DNA of 64,000 bases from a virus: the IMG/VR virus record IMGVR_UViG_3300045988_135886, one strand, 5' to 3'. The first letter of the stretch is position 1. Every line of letters begins with the position of its first letter. Below the pieces are notes generated by a model. That model saw only the letters and a program-made list of their open reading frames with translations. It made no database searches and had not been told where the DNA came from. The translations under genes were made by a program, and so were the position numbers. Positions 8,467 to 17,509 of the stretch are shown here, in pieces.

Positions 8467-8628
8467 GTTGATTGTTTTTGTTGGTGAAAAGTTTTCCATC
8501 GAACATAATATAATTAATATGTTTTTATTTAATTACTATATCTCAAGTAGAAAAAATGGTTTTCTTGAAAAAGGACTGAGCGAAGCGAAGAACTTTTGAA
8601 ACCGTTATCTACGTTAAAAAAGAAAGGA

Positions 8629-10275
8629 ATGATTACAATAGCAAAGCAGAAAAAATGTAAAAGATACTTATTCAAGCTCCACAGTGAACGTCTTCGTAGA
8701 TCACGCTGGAAGCTAGAATATCCATTAGAGGAAGCTCTAAACACAGAAAACATTATTTCTCTGTCTGATAGCCAAATTCTCAGATTCATTGATGAACTCA
8801 ACGGAGACACCAGTGAAGCCAGAGAAGAAGAAGCTTCTTATATAAAGAAAGAAATCAAGCGTCTCAAAAAATCTGATTCTTCTAAGAAAGATACTCTCAT
8901 AGCAAATCTCTATAAAAGATTCTATAATCTTCAATTTGTTCCAGATTACATGTGTCTGATCATTGATAAAATGTCTGATTATAACAGAGCCAATAAAGGC
9001 TTTTCTATCAATGGAATTAAATATCACAGACTCCTAGGCACCAACGGGGGCATAAAGAATTCTACTATTGTTTATGTCTCTGAAAGGCTATATCCCCAGC
9101 TCTATGAGCGTCTCTGTTGCGGCAGGAACCTAGAACAAAAATTTGTGCCAGCTAAACTTGAAGCGTACCAGGCACTGATCTGTTCCGGTAGTATTCCAGT
9201 AAGTATGCCAAAAGGGATCATAGTCGTTCCTGACTGCATTACTCATTTCACAGAAGACATTATTCGTGTAGATGACTCTCAGTCTGATGAACCAATAGTA
9301 GAGTTCCTCAAGGATCAAGAAATAGAGCTTACGGAATCAGACGGTTACGGAATCATGCTTCCATCACTCTCTTACCGTTGGGCAAGAGAGCTTGACGAAG
9401 AAGAAGATTTTTTATCTGGCTGTAATCTCAGAGGACTTCCATGGACAAAGGGCATGGTTTTCACAATGGATTACTTAGCTTTTGGGGAATCTATAGCGAA
9501 AAACTTCTATATAAAAGATGCCTGGGGAGATATGAGAGATATCAGAGAGTCTGAACTGATTATTACTACTTCTATGCTTAAATTATGGGATTCCTACTCT
9601 TCTTTCGAAGATTACTGGTCCAATATAGAAAAATATCATTATCAAATATCTATAGCCAAGACTGCTCCTGCAAGACTTGATGAGTACAGAAGCACAAATT
9701 ACCAGTTCCTGCAGAATTACCACCTTACACCGGAAGAAGTAACTGAATTGGTCCGTCCTACAGTAGAAGAAATTCAAGAAATCCTTGGATTAGATTACAG
9801 GAAGTCACTCCTATTTCTGAGAGGAACAAATCTTACAGAAGATTCCTATATTGATGAAGAGCCATATATCAACGCTCTCATGATTGAGCCACAGATGATT
9901 CATGATCCTTACATCAGAGATAGAATCTACAATATGATAAAGAAAAAAATCAGACAGGCCAAGATTGGTGTACTCAAAGTGAGGGGTAACTTTGCCATCA
10001 TTGGAGGGGATCCGTATAGCTTGATGCAGAGTATCTTTGGTTTACCGGTCACAGGATTGCTCCACGCTGGGGAATGCTGGCATAAACATTGGCTTGATCG
10101 AGGAGTCAGCGAGGTCTGCTGCTTCAGAGCACCTATGACAAGCAAATACAATGTGCGTAAGCTTAAGATAGTAGGGACTCCTGATATGACTTATTGGTAT
10201 AGATATATAAACACATGCATGTTGTTAAACTCATGGGATAGTACTAAGGAAGCTCTTAATGGAGCTGATTGTGAT
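8629..10275 (+). CDS. YonO/RdRP-like two-barrel RNA polymerase, exon 1
   Basis: ATG 8629 has RBS aaaggaa (the ORF track starts at TTG 8596). The C-terminal part, VCCFRAPMTSKYNVRKLKIV...CMLLNSWDSTKEALNGADCD, resembles the RdRP/YonO catalytic barrel. It ends inside the DxDGD motif and runs on only 12 more codons before a stop. Confidence 0.7.
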
Positions 10276-11268
10276 AAAACTCTGTCACCTTATACAGCGA
10301 TGTATATGTAAAACTCGGTGAACTTACAAATGTAAGGTGTCCGGAAGTACCGGGCTAACAGTGGAACTCTTATTGGAAAAATAGATTATAAAAAAGAAGG
10401 TGAGAACAATAGAAGAAAGAATTTTAAATGTAAAAGGTATTGATTACATAGTTCGTGAAGATGGAAAAATATTTAGTACTCATAATCGTGGTAGAGCGAA
10501 ATATCATCAGGAAATAAAACAACGTATGAATTCAGATGGGTACATGTGTATTACTGTCGGTAAAACAGGAAACAGAACAGTTGCCAGTGTTCATAGATTA
10601 GTAGCAAAAGCATTTATCCCTAATCCTTTAAATTTACCGGAAGTAAATCATAAAGATTACAATCGCACAAACAACAGTGTAGATAACTTAGAATGGTGTT
10701 CACATAAAGAAAATATTGACTATACTCTCGCTGCTGGCAGACATGCTTCGCAGACGTTAGATTATAGTGGCAAGAAAAATCCCAACTACGGAAACACCAC
10801 ACTCAGTCAGAAGTACAAAGCTGATCCTGCATATTCAAAAGAAAAACAATCTCGTCCCGGAGGACAGAATGGAAGAGCTATTCCAGTATGTTTGTTAGAT
10901 AAAGACAAAAATGTAATAGCAACTTTTCCATACATGCAGTTATGCGCAGAATATGTGTTGAAACAACTGCACTCTTCTTCATCTCCGGCAGGTCTAGCAG
11001 GAAGAATCCCATATTATATAGAAACAGGTAACATATATAAACACACATACTATTTTTCCAAAGACAATACTGTGCTAAGTCTCAATAATGAGAAAAGTTC
11101 AACGACTATCGAAAGCATAGCTTAAGAGAAATACTTAAGTAAAGAAGCAAGTAGAGTACCTTGTGAGTGGAATCCTCGCAGGGGAAGTGCCGAGCATCTG
11201 TATCTTGGTGATAGAGCTACAGATGAAGATATAGTCTAGTCCTTATGGAAACATAAGGTGTTAAGTCG
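10276..11268 (+). mobile_element. group I intron (HNH-encoding) in the RNA polymerase gene
   Basis: U10275 precedes the 5' splice site and G11268 is the last intron nucleotide. Guide ctct-gtcac (10080-series 10280-10288): gtcac pairs with gtgat (10271-10275), and ctct pairs with exon 2 ggag (11269-11272). R box gttcaacgactat at 11097-11109. S box gaagatatagtct at 11225-11237. Confidence 0.8.
10400..11125 (+). CDS. HNH homing endonuclease (NUMOD4-like N-terminus)
   Basis: IDYIVREDGKIFS...VHRLVAKAFIPNP...VNHKDYNRTNNSVDNLEWCSHKENI is a classic HNH signature. GTG start. Confidence 0.85.
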   Translation: MRTIEERILNVKGIDYIVREDGKIFSTHNRGRAKYHQEIKQRMNSDGYMCITVGKTGNRTVASVHRLVAKAFIPNPLNLPEVNHKDYNRTNNSVDNLEWCSHKENIDYTLAAGRHASQTLDYSGKKNPNYGNTTLSQKYKADPAYSKEKQSRPGGQNGRAIPVCLLDKDKNVIATFPYMQLCAEYVLKQLHSSSSPAGLAGRIPYYIETGNIYKHTYYFSKDNTVLSLNNEKSSTTIESIA

Positions 11269-12354
11269 GGAGACTTAATGTTTACTACTAACAATACTAT
11301 CTTATTAAAACATACAGAAAACCTACCGCCAATCTATTGCATCCAACGTAAAGGAAACAAGGTAGTTCCGACTGAGACAGATATGATACAAGCTAATAAA
11401 GGTTCTTTCGGTGATGCGATTGGTCCTATTACTAATGTTATCACTTCACAGATATGCTTACAGGCAAGGTTCCCGAAAGACAGTGAGGAATATAAAGTCT
11501 TAGACTACAGGATATTGTGTGGGCAGCTGTTCCAACAGAACTCTATTGATAAAGCTAAAGGAATCATCGCTAAACCTATGCCAAAACATTGGTATGACAA
11601 TAGCTACAACCGTATAGAAGAAACAGATACACCAGAAGAAATATCTAAGAAGGAATTCAATCAGAGAATTTGTGCAGATAAGAAGCCGTACTTCTTCATC
11701 TACAACTACCCTACTCTTATGAAAGAATACAAAGACTACATCAAAACATCAGATGCCGTGAGCAGGTCCAGATTTAATATTCCGCTGGAAGAGCTGCTGT
11801 CATCACAAGAGTTGACTGAAGAACAGGCAGAGTTTCTTAAATTCTATAAAGAATTCTATCCAGTCAATGCAGAAACCTGTGTAGTCAATGAACTCTGTTG
11901 GGAAATTGAGAAAACACTGGCTGATGTAAAAGAAAGTAAGGTACCGTTTGACAGTTCTATTCTGAAGTCAGATGCCACCTACACAAATAAGGATAAGGCT
12001 TTTATAAAACGTATCTATGATAAATATAACAAAACTTATGCAAACAGAATGAGCCGCCATAGCTCTGTGTATGAAGATACTTCTTTAACTCCTATTGGAA
12101 TGACTTTTGAATCAGAGTGTGCAGAATATGTTCCAGACGCAGAAAAGCTTTGTAACATTCTGGTTGATTTGGGATATAACACAAAAAAGGGTAAAACTTT
12201 CGTCTGGGAGATGTCCGGAGATACTATTATTGATAACCTTCTTTCTCGAACAGATGGTTATGCGCAGTTTCCTGTAAAGGATCCAGACGGTGATATAGAG
12301 TTTTGCGGCGAACACTTCTCAATGAAAAAAGTAAAAATGAAAGGCGAAGAATAA
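11269..12354 (+). CDS. YonO/RdRP-like RNA polymerase, exon 2
   Basis: In-frame codons GGA GAC (G-D) at 11269-11274 complete GADCD|GD. The ORF continues for 362 codons. Confidence 0.7.
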   Translation, partial: GDLMFTTNNTILLKHTENLPPIYCIQRKGNKVVPTETDMIQANKGSFGDAIGPITNVITSQICLQARFPKDSEEYKVLDYRILCGQLFQQNSIDKAKGIIAKPMPKHWYDNSYNRIEETDTPEEISKKEFNQRICADKKPYFFIYNYPTLMKEYKDYIKTSDAVSRSRFNIPLEELLSSQELTEEQAEFLKFYKEFYPVNAETCVVNELCWEIEKTLADVKESKVPFDSSILKSDATYTNKDKAFIKRIYDKYNKTYANRMSRHSSVYEDTSLTPIGMTFESECAEYVPDAEKLCNILVDLGYNTKKGKTFVWEMSGDTIIDNLLSRTDGYAQFPVKDPDGDIEFCGEHFSMKKVKMKGEE

Positions 12355-13232
12355 TGGATTTAATACTCAACGAAAAACAATATATAGAAAAAATGTTAGA
12401 ACTCGGTGATTGTAGCCCTAAAGATTTAGGAGCAAACATAGCTCTTCTAACTAGATATATGTATCAGGAAAAGTATACTCAGAAAGAAATTTATAATGGT
12501 ATAGAAGAATTTGCTTCCAAAGTAGATTCTGATTTTGATATCAATAACTGGTACTCATTTATAGACAAATGTATTGGTAAAGCTAAGAAGAGAGATCTGT
12601 TGAACATTGATTATATACCTATTACGCAGAAAGAGTTAGATACCATCAAGGAAATCAAGAATCCTGCCAGGGAAAGACTTGCATTCACTCTTTTAGTCAT
12701 TGCCAAGTTTAACAATCTAAAATCAGAAACCAATAATAACTGGATCAATTATTCTATGGACGTATATTTCAACCTTGCCAGAGTAACTTGTAAAGTAGAT
12801 GATCGTCCGTACATAATTTATGACTTAAAGGAATTGGGGTTGGTTGAAGTGAGTAAAAAGATAACTCGCTTCAATATAAGAATCACATTTGTTGATAATG
12901 AGTCTGATCCGGTGCTTAAAATTACAGATATGCGTGAGTTGGGCTATCAGTATCAGAACTTGGGCCCGAAGTCTAAGATAAAGCTGTGTAAACGCTGCGG
13001 GAAGCCGTATAAAGTGAAATATTCTAAAGGCGGTTCACCTTATTGCACCGATTGCCAGAATAAAAGTGCCAAGGATGAAACAAAACTTATTACGTGTGAT
13101 TGTTGCGGCAAAGAATTTATTGCAGTATCTAAAAATAATCGTTCTGTACTTTGTTCCGAATGTCAAAATATTATTGACTTAGAAAAAACTCGTCAAAGAG
13201 TTGCTAAACATAGAGAAAAAAGGCATATGTAA
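12354..13232 (+). CDS. hypothetical protein with C-terminal multi-CxxC zinc-ribbon region (292 aa)
   Basis: ATG 12354 overlaps the preceding TAA (TAATG). RBS gaaagg. CKRCGKPY...CTDCQ...CDCCGKEF...CSECQ. Confidence 0.65.
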   Translation: MDLILNEKQYIEKMLELGDCSPKDLGANIALLTRYMYQEKYTQKEIYNGIEEFASKVDSDFDINNWYSFIDKCIGKAKKRDLLNIDYIPITQKELDTIKEIKNPARERLAFTLLVIAKFNNLKSETNNNWINYSMDVYFNLARVTCKVDDRPYIIYDLKELGLVEVSKKITRFNIRITFVDNESDPVLKITDMRELGYQYQNLGPKSKIKLCKRCGKPYKVKYSKGGSPYCTDCQNKSAKDETKLITCDCCGKEFIAVSKNNRSVLCSECQNIIDLEKTRQRVAKHREKRHM

Positions 13233-13253
13233 CGCTATCAAACTAAACCAATG

Positions 13254-13290
13254 TCTCCGCAAATGCGCTCTACAGGCGCGTTTGCGAGAT
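13254..13290 (+). terminator. imperfect long hairpin after gene 12354-13232
   Basis: tctccgcaaatgcgc / gcgcgtttgcgaga stem with loop tctacag, followed by tttcgtt. Confidence 0.4.
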
Positions 13291-13328
13291 TTCGTTGATT
13301 GAGTATATATGAAAGGGAAGGTATAAGG

Positions 13329-13559
13329 ATGAAAAACAACAATAGACTTTATTTTGCCAGACAGAAATTTTTAGGAAAATGTCCTGTCTGTGGAAAAACA
13401 TTGAAAAAAGTAGATGGAGTAAATATCCTCCGCTGTGACAACGCAGTCTGTTCCGGAGTGACTGTGAGAAGAAATGGGGAGTCTTCTCAGGAACCTTACT
13501 ACAGGATGCTGAATGACAGGGGTATGGAAATCTACGAACATCTATTTAATAAAAAATAA
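13329..13559 (+). CDS. small zinc-ribbon protein (76 aa)
   Basis: ATG 13329 with RBS gaaagggaagg. CPVCGK...CDNAVC. Confidence 0.6.
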   Translation: MKNNNRLYFARQKFLGKCPVCGKTLKKVDGVNILRCDNAVCSGVTVRRNGESSQEPYYRMLNDRGMEIYEHLFNKK

Positions 13560-13572
13560 ATTATAGAAAGAG

Positions 13573-13752
13573 TTGATTATTATTAAACCGATTTCTAAGA
13601 AAGAAATTGAAAAACTAATGGACAAAGGTATCATTAGAAACACGCACAAAGGTTACATTAACAAAAAAGGATATCATGTAGGATATTATAAGACCTCAGG
13701 CAACAACAGATATATTGAGGACTACTATGCTGATAAAGCAAAATCACTGTAA
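13573..13752 (+). CDS. small hypothetical protein (59 aa), TTG start
   Basis: Not in the ORF track. aaagag lies 2 nt before TTG 13573. Open to TAA 13750-13752. Fills an otherwise empty gap. Confidence 0.4.
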   Translation: MIIIKPISKKEIEKLMDKGIIRNTHKGYINKKGYHVGYYKTSGNNRYIEDYYADKAKSL

Positions 13753-13766
13753 AGGAGTGCCTAACT

Positions 13767-14978
13767 ATTACTAAATTTTATGATACCAATGCTCTCCTGA
13801 ATCTCCAGGAGGCAGCATTCAAAGAAAGATTCTTCATCTCTGATGAAACTCTTAGAGAAATCGAAAATATCAAAACATCCTCTCGGAAAGATGAGGATAT
13901 CAAATACAAAGCTAGACATATAGCTCGTCTTTTAGATCAGAATCATGATCAGTATTCCGTAATAAATTATAATTTTGAAATGGAAAAACAGCTGTTAAAT
14001 TTCGAATTGGATCCAGTCAGACCAGACAACAGGATTGTTTTTAGTGCTTATACTCTATCTAAAGCTCAGGATATTGAATTCATTTCAGATGATTTGTGCT
14101 GCAAAAATATTGCAAGGAAAGTCTTTAACCTGCCAGTGTATGGAATCGTAGAGCCTACTAACGAGATATATAAAGGATATAAAGTAATTAAAGGTGATAC
14201 TAATGCTATCAATCAGGCTATGGCTGAACTAGATTATTCAACTTGGTACACCAATGAGTATCTCATTATTGAAAATACTGACGATGGCACTACTAAAGAA
14301 ATGCGCTATGACGGTCAGGGGTTTGTGGCATTAAAACTGCCATCTTCCAAATTTATTAAAGCAAAAAACTCCTTACAACGTTGTGCATTAGATATCTTGA
14401 ATAACCCAGATATTACTATTGCTGCTATTCTCGGTGGTTACGGCAGCGGAAAAACTTATCTTTCTATGCAAATGGCACTATACAATGTAAAGGAGAAAGG
14501 CAGAAATAGTAAAATCTTAGGTGTACGAGAAGTTTCTGGTGAAGGTAAAGAGATCGGATTCCTTCCAGGCGACATGGAAGATAAAGTTGGGAGATTCTTT
14601 GAACCACTCTCTCAGTCTCTTAATGGCGGAGAGTTTGAATTACAGAGTTTGAAAGTATCTGGTGTGTTAGATACTAATGTACCGTTCTTTATGAAAGGTA
14701 CTACTTATAATGACACTGTTATTCTCTGTGATGAAGCAGAAGATTTATCAGAAAGTCAAATTAAACTTATTGGTACACGACTCGGAGAGAACAGTAAAAT
14801 TTATCTTGCAGGTGATTATAAACAATCCCTGTTAAGTAAAACGATTAATAATCCTCTCATTAAAATGTGCAATGAGTTTAAAGGAAATGAAAAATTTGGA
14901 TGTATCTATCTTGGAGAAGATGTGCGATCAGAAACCAGTAAACTCTTCGCTGATCTTTTCGAAAAGGATCACTTCTAA
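13767..14978 (+). CDS. PIN-domain / PhoH-like ATPase (YlaK-type), probable ATT start
   Basis: Walker A GGYGSGKTY and Walker B VILCDEAEDL. The frame is open upstream to 13737 and encodes the PIN N-terminus ITKFYDTNALLNLQ...ISDETLREIENIK...ARHIARLLDQ. The only start-like codon behind RBS aaaggag (13751-13757) is ATT 13767, at 9-nt spacing. Confidence 0.7.
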   Translation: MTKFYDTNALLNLQEAAFKERFFISDETLREIENIKTSSRKDEDIKYKARHIARLLDQNHDQYSVINYNFEMEKQLLNFELDPVRPDNRIVFSAYTLSKAQDIEFISDDLCCKNIARKVFNLPVYGIVEPTNEIYKGYKVIKGDTNAINQAMAELDYSTWYTNEYLIIENTDDGTTKEMRYDGQGFVALKLPSSKFIKAKNSLQRCALDILNNPDITIAAILGGYGSGKTYLSMQMALYNVKEKGRNSKILGVREVSGEGKEIGFLPGDMEDKVGRFFEPLSQSLNGGEFELQSLKVSGVLDTNVPFFMKGTTYNDTVILCDEAEDLSESQIKLIGTRLGENSKIYLAGDYKQSLLSKTINNPLIKMCNEFKGNEKFGCIYLGEDVRSETSKLFADLFEKDHF

Positions 14979-15005
14979 AAATATAAGGATTACAAGGAGA
15001 AACAT

Positions 15006-15623
15006 ATGGAAGAATTATTTGATTTTCCAATTATGAAAAGTGGAGTAGATGAATTAGTTGCTGATATCATCAAAAGCAACTATGACAATCGTAGATTAAT
15101 CATTAACGATGAAATCAATAACAATCTATTAGAGTCCATCTGTTTATATATTTTGAAATATAATCAGGAAGATAAAGATGTTCCTGAAGATAAAAGAAAG
15201 CCTATTTGGATTATTTTAAATTCAGTAGGTGGAGTCGTAAACTTCGGAATGGGACTCATTGATTGTATTAAACATAGTATCACACCTGTTTATTGCTTAA
15301 TAATTGGAATGGCTGCAAGTATGGCAAGTTATATTCCAATGGTTTGTGATAAATCATATATCTTTCCTAATAGTACAATTTGTATTCATGATGGACAAAC
15401 CGGTATTATGCAGACTTCCAGAAAAGCAAATGACATCATGAATTTTTATAATAAATGTGATGAACGATTAGCTGAACTTGTATATGCCAATACCTCTATT
15501 ACCAAAGATTTTTTAGACGGTATTGCTGATCGAGAATATTATATGTTCCCAGAAGAAGCTAAAGAATTGGGAATTGTTGATACTATTGTTGGCGTTGACT
15601 GCCCTATTGATGAAATATTATGA
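15006..15623 (+). CDS. ClpP-family (S14) serine protease-like protein
   Basis: ILNSVGGVVNFGMGLIDCI...VYCLIIGMAASMASYI...ICIHDGQTG...REYYMFPEEAKELGIVD follows the ClpP Ser/His/Asp pattern. Confidence 0.7.
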   Translation: MEELFDFPIMKSGVDELVADIIKSNYDNRRLIINDEINNNLLESICLYILKYNQEDKDVPEDKRKPIWIILNSVGGVVNFGMGLIDCIKHSITPVYCLIIGMAASMASYIPMVCDKSYIFPNSTICIHDGQTGIMQTSRKANDIMNFYNKCDERLAELVYANTSITKDFLDGIADREYYMFPEEAKELGIVDTIVGVDCPIDEIL

Positions 15624-15964
15624 AATATTCCAAAAAGGAATTGATTGCTAAGGTTTCAGAAAAAACAGGCTATCAAGAAGAAAATATAGCTGAAATATAT
15701 GAAGCTTTAGAAGAAACTGTGTATGATTTACTCCTGTCAGCAAATGAACATAAGGATGTAGAAATTCGACTGTTCACAGGATTTGGTATGTTTAGTAAAT
15801 TAGTACCAAGTCATGAGAAAAAGATGCCTGACGGAGAAATTAAAACAATAGAACCTACTTTAAAATTCTCTGCACGTTACAGTGCTCGCTGGAGGAAAGA
15901 TAATATTAAAGAGTACAGAGAAGCTTTAAAATTGTGGGAAAGAGTGAAAGGAAGAAAAGGATGA
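15620..15964 (+). CDS. divergent HU/IHF-family DNA-binding protein
   Basis: KKELIAKVSEKTG...VEIRLFTGFGMFSKLV...TLKFSA follows the HU fold pattern. ATGA overlap with the upstream gene. Confidence 0.55.
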   Translation: MKYSKKELIAKVSEKTGYQEENIAEIYEALEETVYDLLLSANEHKDVEIRLFTGFGMFSKLVPSHEKKMPDGEIKTIEPTLKFSARYSARWRKDNIKEYREALKLWERVKGRKG

Positions 15965-16152
15965 ATGGAGTAGAAATTAAAACAACAACTACTACCCAGA
16001 TGAAAATCAAGAAGGCTACAATTGATGAACAGGGAGCTGTTTACGTAGATGGCGAGGTAGTTGATCTTATCAATGCACTGAAGAATACATTTGAAGGCTG
16101 TATTTTTGATTTAGCTGTCACAGAAAAAACAGAGGTCCCTGTAGAGGACTGA
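15961..16152 (+). CDS. small hypothetical protein (63 aa)
   Basis: ATG 15961 overlaps the upstream stop. The ORF track starts at GTG 15934. Confidence 0.5.
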   Translation: MNGVEIKTTTTTQMKIKKATIDEQGAVYVDGEVVDLINALKNTFEGCIFDLAVTEKTEVPVED

Positions 16153-16158
16153 TGTTGA

Positions 16159-16932
16159 GTGTCCTGTGGTATATATTGCATTGAGAATAAAATAAATCAC
16201 AAAAAGTATGTTGGTCAATCTATTGATATTAAATCACGATGGACTCAGCATAGACATACAAGTTCTTTAGTAAGAGATACATTTCTTTATAGAGCAATGG
16301 ATAAATACGGTGTTGAGAACTTTGATTTTTATATACTTGAAGAATGCCAACCTGACGAGTTAGATATTAAAGAAATTTATTGGATAGCTACATTAGATAC
16401 ATATAATTATGGGTATAATATGACTCTTGGTGGATCAGGCTTGGTAGGTTACAAAGCTTATAATAGAAACTGTATTCCTAAAAATTTTGGAATGCTTTCT
16501 AATGGTGTAGACGAAACTGTACCTATTATAAAGTTAGATACTAACTATGAAGTGTTAGAGTATTATGTAAGCGTACAGGACTGTGCCAGAGCTAATGGCA
16601 TAGCTTCCACAAACATTTCTAAAACTGCATCAGGGAAAAACAATACATGTCATGGATATATTTTTATGTATTTCAATGACATTAAGGATATGACCACTGA
16701 TGAAATTATTTCTTATAGATTACATCAAAGAAAGAATTATAAAGATTCTACCCTAAAATCTATAGATCGAATCTCCTCTTCTGGAGAAATTATCAATAAT
16801 TATGAAAGTATTAGTCAAGCAGCTAAAGAATTAAATTTAGATCCATCTTCTATAAGCAAGGTGTGTAAAGGAAAACTAAAACAAACTCACGGCTATAAAT
16901 TTAGATATGCCGTAGTAAATAATAAAGAATAA
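16159..16932 (+). CDS. free-standing GIY-YIG homing endonuclease
   Basis: CGIYCIENKINHKKYVGQSIDIKSRWTQHRH...YNYGYNMTLGG. Paralog of the capsid-intron ORF 27459-28241. Lies between intact genes, not within a split gene. Confidence 0.8.
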   Translation: MSCGIYCIENKINHKKYVGQSIDIKSRWTQHRHTSSLVRDTFLYRAMDKYGVENFDFYILEECQPDELDIKEIYWIATLDTYNYGYNMTLGGSGLVGYKAYNRNCIPKNFGMLSNGVDETVPIIKLDTNYEVLEYYVSVQDCARANGIASTNISKTASGKNNTCHGYIFMYFNDIKDMTTDEIISYRLHQRKNYKDSTLKSIDRISSSGEIINNYESISQAAKELNLDPSSISKVCKGKLKQTHGYKFRYAVVNNKE

Positions 16933-16949
16933 AAGGAGAAATAATTATT

Positions 16950-17222
16950 ATGACAAAAGCAGAAGTTATTACAAAAGTAGCAGAAACAACAGGAATCACA
17001 AAGAAAGATACTGGAGCAATGGTTGACGCATTTCTTCAGGTTATCACTAATGAACTGGCAAGCGGAGGAAAAGTAGCATTCACAGGATTCGGTTCTTTCT
17101 CAGTTGTTGAAAGAGCTGCTAGAGAGTGTCGTAATCCGCAGACGGGAGAAACTATGATGACAGAAGCTCATCTTGCACCTAAATTCAAAGCCGGAAAAGC
17201 ATTAAAAGATGCAGTGAAATAA
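16950..17222 (+). CDS. hup: HU-type DNA-binding protein (canonical)
   Basis: MTKAEVITKVAETTGITKKD...VAFTGFGSFSVVERAARECRNPQTGETM...PKFKAGKALKDAV. Confidence 0.85.
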   Translation: MTKAEVITKVAETTGITKKDTGAMVDAFLQVITNELASGGKVAFTGFGSFSVVERAARECRNPQTGETMMTEAHLAPKFKAGKALKDAVK

Positions 17223-17263
17223 ATATTAAATTGCTGACCTGGTGAATTCCAGGTTGGCGATTT

Positions 17264-17335
17264 GTCCGGTTAGTCTAGCGGTTAAGACACTGCGCTTTCA
17301 ATGCAGTAACATGGGTTCAATTCCCGTACCGGATG
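17264..17335 (+). tRNA. tRNA-Glu (anticodon UUC)
   Basis: Hand fold: 7-bp acceptor (G1:U72), 4-bp D stem gtct/agac, anticodon stem ctgcg/tgcag with loop cuUUCaa, 4-nt variable loop, T arm atggg-ttcaatt-cccgt. No encoded CCA. Confidence 0.8.
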
Positions 17336-17426
17336 TTTGTATATTTGAGAGTTGTGGGTAATCTCAAATGTCATTTTCCGTATAGTTGTTTCTTTGGGGA
17401 GAACTGGAACTCCCCCCTCCTATTCT

Positions 17427-17509
17427 GCAAAGTAAATTCACAAGGTGTGGAACCGACCTGCTAAGTCGTGTGATCCGACAGGATTGAGTTTCGATTACTC
17501 TGCTTTGCG
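17427..17509 (+). tRNA. type II tRNA-Ser (anticodon GCU), atypical
   Basis: Acceptor gcaaagt/gctttgc, loop cuGCUaa, variable-arm stem atcc/ggat, T loop ttcgatt. The D arm is non-standard, and the anticodon and T stems each have one mismatch. Confidence 0.5.

Noticed and set aside
8347-8593. GAGCGAA(A)G(G)CGAAG direct repeats (8347-8363 and 8578-8593) as ends of a miniature insertion element.
   Set aside because: The match is imperfect and short, with no terminal inverted repeats or target duplication. This is insufficient evidence.
11320-11345. RKGNKVV in polymerase exon 2 as the beta-subunit RHGNKG motif.
   Set aside because: It lies only about 25 residues after DxDGD, which does not fit the expected separate second barrel. 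This is probably chance similarity.
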